This document shows, piece by piece, positions 13,100 through 23,100 of a stretch of DNA of 64,000 nucleotides. The DNA lies in assembly GCA_000708835.1 (NCBI GenBank), contig DF237161.1:79391-143390 (forward strand). Reading direction: 5' to 3'. Positions within the stretch are counted from its first letter, which is position 1; each line of letters begins with the position of its first letter. The notes beneath the pieces were generated by a model that was not told the origin of the DNA, did not search any database, and saw only the letters and a program-made list of their open reading frames with translations. The stretch is from Klebsormidium nitens. Taxonomy: Eukaryota; Plantae; Klebsormidiophyceae. The translations under genes and the position numbers were made by a program.

Positions 13100-14710
13100 C
13101 GAAGGGCCGTCTTCATGACTTCAACGACTTGTGATACTGGTTACGAAAGTCACACACTTCGTCAGTGCATGTGCGATTGCAATTGGTACATTGAACGGCC
13201 CATACGATTGAGCAGAATGCACGAATGGGTAGGACCGTCGGGCCATTGGGTTACACAATCCTTTGGTTTCAAATTACTATGTACCATAAATGCGTGCTTA
13301 CGTGACTTAAGGTCGACCATTTAGAGCAGGTTTATGTATATACGTATCTGTCTTTGAGCATGCTATATAGCCCCTCATGCCATCATTCACCAAAAGCTCG
13401 GCCATGTTGGTGACTCATGCATAAGCAGCCCTGCCGCCCAGATTTCGTGTATATAGCATCGACCTGCTTGTTGCTATCAAAGTGATATCGAGTTGTAATT
13501 AAGCATGGAAAGTCAGAGATGTTCAGTCTTGAGGATGTTGCGCACATGTTCAAAAATATCATGGACGGTCACATGACGGCAGCACATGCATGTTATCCTA
13601 GCTGAGAATCAAGCAATGTTGCAAAGTTGAGCGGGGCCAAGGATAAATGATATGATCGTTTATAGCACTCCGGTGCCATTCAACGCTCTGTATGGTATAC
13701 GCTTCCGCAGGACCCCCGCAGGACTTCTGTCCTACTGTAGCTAGCTGCAAGGGAGCTTGTCTCAGATTGAACTTAGCCCCTGCGGAGCCTTTATATATGG
13801 CAGATAGAAGTACCGGTACCCTAAAGTTGTATATGATACGGCAAGAAAAGAAAAAACATGATCCAATGCGAGCCGGCCGCTAGCTGGCTGGATGAGGAGC
13901 AAGGTGAGTTGCCCAATCATGGTGTAGCAATAAGAAGTGGTAGATCTGAGTATTGCTTATTATGACATTGGGTATACATCGCAGGGAATCCAATGATAAA
14001 TGTGGTGGGGCTTCAACCTTGTTCTGGTAAGTACCCATTGGTTACTTTTGCATGGCGTCAATGCATCTGATCTTAGTTAGCCTAGTAGTAGGCATGAACG
14101 GTGATTGCGCAGAGAACAAATTGTCTCTGGCAAATACCCAGTTCCACTCAAAACCCAACAACTGCCAGCTTTAGCATCTTGAGATGGCACCTAGTGTCAT
14201 GCAATTGTTCCTTGAATCTTTCATCAATCATTGGGATTGTGAGTTGAGGTCAAGTTGCTCAATTCGGTCTATCAATCCTGTTTTTACTGCTTTGCCCAAT
14301 CGGTTGATCCATTTTTAATAGTGCATTTCACACATAATTTGCGAGGTTTGTCAGGAAACCGACATCAATAGAACCGTCACGATCGTCTGTTCCTACTACG
14401 CTGTATCATGGAAACATATGGAAGTCTGGAATGATGATCCAGGGGGTGGATTTGGAATCAACTTTGAAGCTGCTAGGAATGTGAACTTATCAAGGCAAAC
14501 AAGGGTACATTGGGCGGCGTCGATACAATAAGGCAACAGTTCCGACCATCTAGCGATTAGTTGGCACCCTGGCTACTCACAAATGCCCCTTCAGCAGCCA
14601 TCTAGGGTCTGACCACTTCAACAACAATTCTGTCCAGCTAGCGAAAGATTGGCACCCGGGTAATCACAGTGCCCCTTTAAATGGCAATGTAGGGTCTAAC
14701 TAGTGCCCCT
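13100..14710. other. CpG-depleted, AT-richer decayed repeat/relic region ending in a degenerate 88-nt tandem duplication (14551-14710)
   Basis: Hand count of ~6 CpG in 13921-14340, well below expectation. Reading frames are broken by many TGA/TAG stops. Two diverged copies begin tagcga..ttggcacc at 14551 and 14639. Confidence 0.35.
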
Positions 14711-14734
14711 TGGACTATAACTGCAGCAAAGGAC

Positions 14735-15379
14735 TTAGAGGAGGTAGGGAACAATCTTGCCTGTTCGCGCTTTCCAGGCGGCAAACTCCGGGTAGCGGGA
14801 CATTGACTTATCCTTCAGCCGCATGTTGGGAATCCAAAGCCCGACCACCATTGTTCCAAGAATGGCCATAGGCAGCCAATGCATGGCCAACAACCCGAAT
14901 CCCAAGTAGATGAGCAGCTCGCCGAAATAGTTGGGGTTCCGGCAGCCTGCCCACACGCCCTCGGTGAGCAGGGTCCCCTTGCGGTACTGCATGTGCATGT
15001 GCTTCTGCATGTCGCCCACGTAGTGGAAGAAGATCCCAGTGGCAGTCAGCGACACGCACATTGCCAGGTACCATGGCGGGGCTTGCACGTGGCGCGACAT
15101 GACCAGCCAACCAGCAATCCAGTACAGCGACAGGGGCAGCCACACGTAGAACACCCCATACGGTATGCTACAGGGCACCAGGAACTGCCGATCAGGAAAT
15201 GTGAACCCCTTGTACACCCACAGAAGGGCATACGTGCCGTGCGTGGCCAGGTAGATCCAGGCGGTGTAGTTCCACTCCTGGTAGAATGCCATCATCGCCA
15301 GGATCGCCAATGGCGTGACCGCCTTGTGGCTGTCCAGAAAGTCGCTCCGCTTGAATCGATGCGGCTGCGGGCTCGCCAT
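14735..15379 (-). CDS. DUF1295 / steroid 5-alpha-reductase-like (isoprenylcysteine methyltransferase-fold) membrane protein, intronless
   Basis: Uninterrupted 214-aa ORF with strong GC3 bias and several hydrophobic segments. Motifs DSHK, WIYLATHGTYALLWVYK..FPD, GDMQKH and RNPNYFGELLIY, plus C-terminal SMSRYPEF..WKARTG, match the DUF1295 family. Confidence 0.85.
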   Translation of the reverse strand: MASPQPHRFKRSDFLDSHKAVTPLAILAMMAFYQEWNYTAWIYLATHGTYALLWVYKGFTFPDRQFLVPCSIPYGVFYVWLPLSLYWIAGWLVMSRHVQAPPWYLAMCVSLTATGIFFHYVGDMQKHMHMQYRKGTLLTEGVWAGCRNPNYFGELLIYLGFGLLAMHWLPMAILGTMVVGLWIPNMRLKDKSMSRYPEFAAWKARTGKIVPYLL

Positions 15380-16263
15380 GATTCAAGAGCTGCGTCCCTT
15401 CAATGCGCAGCGGTAGCTGATGGCCACCCCGCTGTCAGTGTTGCTGGAATGTGGCTGTGGCCGGCCTGCCCCTTCAACCCACACGCTGCAACCCCGGGCC
15501 CAGGCGCCGAGCTGATCCTGTGCAACTGAAGATGTCAGAAGATACAGTCATTGCTGAGTCAAGATGAAGTCTGTCGAACTGGTGACCTCTGTCGATTGTC
15601 ACTCAGGTATGACATACCTACAGCTACTGACGAGAGCTTCAGTACGTCAGTTTCAAGAGGGAAGCCCAAAAGGCGTCAGCGTCACTGTTCCCGGTCCTAC
15701 ATTTTAACATCGCAGATATTTCTCGTCAATTGACGTCGACCTGGTGCCTGAAAGCAATCACGTTCTGGAGTTCTAGGTATGTAATAGCCCGCGGGTTAGT
15801 AGACAGCCGACGGAAATGTAGTTGCAAAACCGACCGAGCCGCCGCGCGGGGTCACTCGGACTGGATCCAACCGGCCGTATTTCAGAGAGCCGGCCCTGGC
15901 AAACCGGCTGTCACGTGCAATCAACCGACTCATCGGGGATCGACCCTCTGGGCAGCCGGCAACCTCAAAACTTCGTGGTGAAAACTGCTTCCGATTTTCC
16001 TTTAGGTATTGGCGCGTCGCTTCGACTCTCGAGGTACCGCATTCACCGTCATGATGACTCTGGCCCTCGTACGATACTCATGACGTAGGGCAGGTGTACA
16101 GGTCATGTCCGGCCGGCGTACGTACCGTATCCAACACGTAGGCTAGCACGAATTTGTGCATTGAACGGTGAACGTTTTGCTCATGCCCCAATGATCGCCA
16201 CATGCATATGATGCTCAGAGGTGTGAAAGGCAAACCCGGCCTTCGAAATAGGGAGGGATGAGA

Positions 16264-16459
16264 TACCGTACCAGCGTTTAATTTCGTCAGGTTCGACGCC
16301 AGATAATTAATTATGAAACGTTTGCGGGTTTCGGCAGCCCTAGCGTTACCTGCTAAACAAGACCATTATCGGTCCATTACCGCCCAGAATATTTTCCAGC
16401 GGAATTCGTCAGACCAAATAGTTATTTAATATTTGACGAAATCAAACGCTGGTACGGTA
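16264..16459. mobile_element. MITE-like element, ~192 nt, TA target-site duplication, CCGTA termini
   Basis: 26-nt inverted repeats 16264-16289 (taccgtaccagcgtttaatttcgtca) and 16434-16459, 1 mismatch, terminal TA on both sides. Confidence 0.75.
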
Positions 16460-16972
16460 GGTTGGTGATGGCTTTGACTGGCCTAACGTATCTCAGGCTC
16501 AGCCACTCACAGTACTGCGCCAGTGTCATCGTTGGCTAGGTATAATGGGTCGGAACTTGGATTGACCGTTTCAGTCTTGGGCGGCATCATGATTGGCGAG
16601 TTACTGCCGTTTCGATCTTTGACGTCCGATCTTGCCCAGGTTTGTTCCGGGCTCCCTGGCGGGGCCCGGGTTACCTAATGGCTATGCCCAGCTAGCTTTC
16701 GGCGACTACTCGTACCGAATGCGGTACGGTGTAATTCGGGACAATTCCAGCTACGGTATTAGTAAACATATAGAAACCGGGGAGTCTAGGAGTCGTAGGT
16801 CCGAGCCTCCGAGGGCAATGCCCAATACGAATATCGAACATGGATCTTCCAACTTCGTGATAGCGGATCCGCAAATCTGGCCGACACGCGGCGAAATCTC
16901 CGGACGTACCGGTACAAGCAATAAACCCATGGGCCATGAATCATGATTATAGATTTATGGGCACGGTCTTGC

Positions 16973-17297
16973 TACCACCAAGGTATGATTCCGTATGCTC
17001 AAAGTATGCAATTATTTTTCGGCATGCGAGCCCAAATCTTGTGTTATTTTGCAGAATCGGACCCTAATCCGAATGAGCTCCCAAAGCTACCTGGGTACCC
17101 GAGTACCCTGTTTTTCTCGCTTATGAAGGGTTACGGTACGTACCTTCGGTTCATATGGGCTTTGCTATCACTTTCCGAACAGGATTTAACAAATATTTTT
17201 CCTCTCCGAGAAAGCAGATTCCGACGGCTTATTTGGAATTTCCAACTTTCCGAATGCAAATAATTATATATTTATTCGGAATCATACCTTGGTAGTA
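16973..17297. mobile_element. MITE-like element, ~321 nt, TA target-site duplication
   Basis: 21-nt inverted repeats 16973-16993 (taccaccaaggtatgattccg) and 17277-17297, 1 mismatch, terminal TA on both sides, AT-rich interior. Confidence 0.65.
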
Positions 17298-17724
17298 CGG
17301 GTACCTAATATGTACGGGCGCACCGAACTGGAGTCACACTGGAGTCCCATGGCTGTACCTGCCTACCGACTCAGGATCATCGAGCCCATTCGCCCATATC
17401 GTATCATAATATCGTACATGGTCTCATGGTTCCGCCTAGAAGTCAAACCGGTGTAACTCTGGAAAACAGTAAAACCATCCACTTTGATTATCTTGGTGGC
17501 CGCCGGAAGCATTACCCGGTTGAGTGCCTTCAAAAGTGCTTAGGTTAAAGATGATCAGAAGATAATTGATCCGAGCTAGGCGGGTATTCTGAGTCATGCA
17601 AGTGCCCGAATTTCCAATGTTCATCCCTCGAAACCCGGCAGTGTTAGTAACATAACCGTACAGTTCCGCCACCCGGGAACCACGCCCCCGAGGGTGGATC
17701 TAAACCTCCTCCAACGCAAAAATG

Positions 17725-17995
17725 GTAGGTAAATTACGTAGGTACATACACTAATTGCTAACAAATTCCTACCGTAGGTACCGGTACCGTTGGTACACTT
17801 TTGTACGCCGGCCTGGGCTCAAGCACAAGTTTCGAGGTACACCGTACCGTGCACATACCTACCTAGGTACCTACCGCTGCCGGTAGCTAGCTGCTACCTA
17901 GGTGAAAGCTTGAAAAAGTGGAGGTACCTGCCTACCGGTACATTGGTAGTACCTACTCACCCACAGGCAACCGTACTGCCGCTTGTACCGTACTT
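17725..17995. repeat. Low-complexity GGTA/TACC-rich tract
   Basis: Dense interspersed taccgt/ggtacc/taccta/gtaggt words with no coding signal. Confidence 0.5.
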
Positions 17996-20191
17996 CGCCA
18001 CTTCAGGCCCTCCGTGTTGCAGGACTCCGACTGACAGTGCCAGACAGGAGACACTTTGCAGTGTAGGAGGAGGGATCTGAAGACGTCCCGCGCTCCAGCT
18101 AGCCTACTACCTGAATCCAGCTCGCTCGGGCCACGGCACCGTTGTGGCATCTATCTGCTGCGCCTTGAGAAAACCCGAGAAAAGCGAAGGGAGCTTGCAA
18201 TTTGCCGCCAGCAGGTGAGTAGCGCTCCCTCTGTCTCATCCTTCTGCATCTGCTTTTTGGTGTGAGCTGTTTTCAATGCAAGGGGTTCACAGTGAATTGG
18301 TTTCCACATCTTCGTATGCTGGTCTTTTCAAGACAACCCTGCCAACCTTTTACATGATAGATCATGAGTGTCATGATCACCGCACGGAATGCATGCCTGT
18401 TTTCAGTGCACAATTCCAAGTTGATACTGGGCTGCTCGCTAGCTGGTCCCGCATGCATGAGTGCTAGGCAAAAGGTACCGTTATTGGTGCCCTCGGGAGT
18501 TGGGTCCTCTAGCAAGCCCTTCAAGCATGAGGAGTCCTGGAAGGTTGCCGCTGGCCAGTTGTGTCTGGGCAGTCACCATCTGGACCAGAGATTTATGTCC
18601 TTTCCCCATTGAGGCAGTGGTTTAAGTTGGTCGCAATGACCACAAAACGGACGCTGCTTTTTTTACGATCATTTTTTAGTGTTTCAAGTTGAGGAGCACA
18701 GGTGTCACTATCATAAGGTCCAATGCAAGTAGCTGTTTCTCAACCGCTTCGCCTGTGATATAGCTTTCAGTCACAATCTGCCCCTCAAAAATTTGACTGT
18801 GACAGGATTGTTCCCTCGAGCATTTCGTTGATTTCAAAGGCTTGCTTGAAACTGTTTTGGGTCCTGGATCTGCAACGCTCGATTGCCATTGTTCAACTTT
18901 TAAGACACTCCAGAATTGCAGGTGCGTGTCCAAAACGACAACGTGAGATATGGAACGAGACCTGAAAAAGCTCGCACTCCCTGGTTGCTGATGCAAGTGG
19001 GTTCGCGTACTCATTATGGAACATTTCTTGACAAATGTCGGCTCCAAACATTTCAGAAACACCGGTTCTTTACTCCTTGAGATAGCAACATTTGGGTGCA
19101 TTTGAAAGGATGCTGTCTTGATCTGAAAGCGCAAAGCTATGACAAGGTTTCCTGTTTTTCCTTCCCTGCAGAGATATCTGATATCTTTGAAAAAAGTGTA
19201 TTGAGCTGGGGTTTCCTATACCACCAATTGAAGGAGCGGAAAAGGGGGCTCTTATCACCCCCCCCTGACTTGTTGCAACCAAGGTAGAGGTGAGCAGGGA
19301 TGTTAAAGTCAGAGTCGTACTTCGTTAGACTCGTTTTTTTTTGGTTCATGGAAATCGGAAAAGGGAACTGCTACAAATCAAAACCTTGAACAATTTGAAC
19401 AAGGTTTGGCTGGCTTTATGATATGGGTTGTGGTCAGATTGAGTGTTTGTGGCCATGCAGCCGGGGATCTTGCACTACCATCCTCTTGGTCTTCCTCTTG
19501 GTCATTGTCACTCTTGCCTTATGAAGGTTGTGTGGAGTTTACCCTACCATTCTCTTGGTTATTCTTGGTCATCCTTCACTCGCGCTTTGAGAAGGCTCTT
19601 TTGATACTGAAGTTTTGGGGCATCTGTTAAGCGATGGTTGTCCAGATCTCACATGCAGGTGTGAAAGCACCGAAAGATGTCATCAAATCTCTCATCTCAT
19701 GTCAGAAAGCTGAGTGGCCTTTCACATCAAAGCGCAATGAGGGCAAAGTTGGGCATGGGCTCGCAGGCTTAGATATGCTGTTTGCATTGTGACTCTTGAC
19801 TCAACGCGATTTGCATGTTGAGCAAAGTCGACAACAGCTGCATCCAGAACCATTTCACACCATTGCCTCTAGGAAATGATTTTGTATTCATCCAGTTCCT
19901 CTGGACTCTGCAGCCCCTTCCAAATCAACCTCTCCTACCACGAGAATGGATGCACAGCTGGAAAATGTCCTGGACCCACATTAAAAGCACGCTCAAGAAA
20001 GCACAGAAGCCAGTGTTGGCTCCACAAAGCGAGGTTCACACCACAGGTATCTAATCCACGGAGAGCTGCATGTCTGTTGGAACCCCAACAACTGCTTCTC
20101 GGACCTCTTCTTCAGTCCCTCTTTCGCTAAACATGGTACCCCGAGCTTGACCTCTCCATCTTCTACTCTTTGCAGCGGAGCAGCAGCAGCC

Positions 20192-23100
20192 ATGAACGGG
20201 ACCGTCACCATGGAGCTGCTCTCTGAGACCGTGGAGCGTCTCCCGCTGGCGGAGCTGGCGTTCTACCCGGTGGCCTTCATGGTCCTCCTGCTCAGTTGGA
20301 CCACCAGGGCCGCCACGCCCGACCCCGCCGCGGTAAGGCCTGCCTCGCAGTTGCGCTTCCAGCACAGCAAATGAATCATAGCTCCTGCTGATGACAGCTT
20401 GCCACACTCCGACCATGCGCGGTGCGCTTGTCAGTGGAGCAAGTTTTGAAGTCATGAAAATTTTAAAAGGCATTCAGAATAATGTGCTTTCCAGAGATCC
20501 AGAACTGAGGCTTTCCGAATTCTTCTCCCAATATATGCTTTCTGGCTCTTACATTTCCGGCCAAACATTTTGAACACAATACTGGCTTGATCCTGTCTTT
20601 CATATCAGCCCCTGATTGCCCCAACTCATGACCCGGACTGCCTCTACTCAAGAAGGCTCGTAGCATCCAGCCACACTCGACCCTGCTTGAAACCCGCCCT
20701 TCTCTTCATTCTGCAGATGGCGTACAAGCTGGGCCTGCCCTTCCTGGGCCGCCTCGCGCCCAGCCTCAACATGGGCTCGCTCCTCGTCTTTGTCGCCGTC
20801 TACTTTGGATCCTCCATGGGTAACTGGGCGCTCGCTTGGGTGGCGGTGGTCCTGGCGGCCGTCACATGCCCCAAGCCCATTGAAATGGTGCTTCTGAACG
20901 CGATCGTCAAGTCGTCGCTGTTTGGCTCCTCGCGCAAGGTCGAGACATTCATGGTGGACCTTCTGCGCATCGCGCGCGAGCTGGCGGCCAAGCAGGGGCA
21001 GCCCAAGGGTGAGGCGCACGTTACTCACTGTGCTTCAATTAGGGCTACTGTCTGGGCTCTTGCTCTTCGTCAGGGGGATTTGCTTAATGTTCCATAGTCT
21101 GAAGCCTCCTCAAAACCGTCGATTTCAGTTAAGAGGCCCGTAGGCGGACTTGCGAAATTTTTCCTTATCGTTCTGAAAGTTTTCGCTGACACAGGCTTGC
21201 CATTCGGCATTACCCAGTCGAGGGTGCAAAATAGATGCCCTCAATCACGCCAAAGGCACGAAGTAGTTGCAGGCCCACAGGAGCCCTTCTCCATGTCGAG
21301 GCTTCACATTTCGAACGAGCTTCCTCTCTTTGACACGATTTGTCAAACTGACACAAGGTTTGTTCGAACGAAGCTCTTCTCGCGTCCAAACCTGAGATAT
21401 GTTCGGTAACGAGGCTTGGGGGGATGATAGAGACAGTGACAGATTGCTGGCTCCTGACTTTGCCTGTGCGTTTTGGCAGACGCCCTGATAGACTGCCTCA
21501 AGTTCGAGCTGCCCTTCATGCTGCCCATTTACGTCCTCATCGACGTCCACTACGCGCACTTCCTGCACGCAGCACCCACCTGCGAGTTCTTTGCCACCGA
21601 GTAAGTGCCTCTTCCGTTCAACATTAAATTGTAGAAGCAGACTCGGTAAATCCACCCAAAAACCATGATACTTACCTGCGGCTCCTGTTGGGTTTGCACT
21701 CAATACGAACGAACAAAAAATGGCGCGTTTCTCAGATGATGAAAGTTGTGCAGTTAGAATTCGGTTGTCATCCAGGACATCGAAACCTAGCCAAGACTTC
21801 GTTTAGTCAGCCGCTTCTGTATTCCCTGCCGCTCTTCTATCTGTTGTCCCAAGACATTCATTTCTCGGCCCTTTATCTGGTTTCTTTGTTGGCCTTATCC
21901 AGAGTTCTGCGGGGCCCTTCTCAGTCAGATTGAACGTACGTCTTTGTGATCGTCAAACTCACCCTTTCATCAAAATACTCGGTCGAAGTACGAATCCACA
22001 GATTATGACCGTTCCTTCTAAAGTAAAAGGTGCTGGGTCGACCGGAATTATGGGTCAGCAGTACTCCTTTTCCCGGCTGTGAGGCAAACATGCCTACGTC
22101 CTATTGTCTATTTTCACGGTCGTCCCTGTATCTGTCCCAGCTACAAGGCGCGCGACTGGTTCATCGGCCCCAACCTGCTGACGGCCAAGAGCCCGCCCAT
22201 GAAGAACCCCGAGTGGCTGATGCACCGTGCGCTGACGGCCGCCGTGAACGTGGACCGCAACGGCATCGAGTCGACCATGGGGCGCATGGTGGTGCAGGGG
22301 ATGAAGATCCTGGCGGAAATGAGCCGCGATCTTAAGAAGAAGTACGGCTCCGTCATCGACCTCTGCGAAGAGTTCGAGCACATCATCGTGAGTGAACGCT
22401 GGCTAGCCCGCGAATGAAGACGTTCACTCGTGGTGCAGCCCTTTTGAGAGTTTTGTTTGCGGGGTCAGGCAAGGATAGTCGTAGACTTGATTCAAAAGAT
22501 GAGTCAGAATCGAAGGAGAAGGGGTCCGTGGGTGACGAGCTTCGTGGTCGTCCGAAAACAAGTCACGATCAGAGTTTTGTCAATCGAAATCTGCTTCGTA
22601 TATTTGATTCTTTTCATGAAAATTACTCTTTTCCCTTTAATACGTCGTGCTGCCCGTACTCATCTTTAGTACATTGGGAGTGGGTGCTTCGTTGCTGTCA
22701 CTGGATGAGTTTTCGAGAAGTGACGCTTTGCGGTTTCCCATCCCTCACAAGTAACACGTCTCCTCCCCGCAGGTGACGGCCCACCTGAGCGCCATGTTCG
22801 GGCAGGCGTACACGGACAAGTTCCCCATGATCTCCAAGGAGGTCAACTACACGGCCATCAAGTACAGCAGCGTCTCCAACGGCATGCAGATCAAGGTGTG
22901 GCAGCCGCTCGAGGGCCTCAAGTTCCTGGACGGCCGCAAGAAGGTCGTGGACTCCCTCCTCTGGGCGCTCGAGCACAGCGACTCCGCCCTGCTGGAGATC
23001 ATCAGGAAGGCGCACAAGGAGGTGAGGCGAAGGCTGGAGGCCAAAGACTCGTGTAATGGTGCACACAGAGCGTTTGTTTTCGATGGCATCAGCACTCTGG

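Noticed and set aside
14808-15529. Overlapping alternative-frame and antisense ORFs at the DUF1295 gene, and similarly across the P450, SET and URB2 exons
   Set aside because: These are shadow ORFs from GC3-rich coding sequence, with no independent motifs.
18050-20050. Possible spliced gene or pseudogene from scattered splice-like sites
   Set aside because: I could not assemble a phase-consistent model or recognise any domain.
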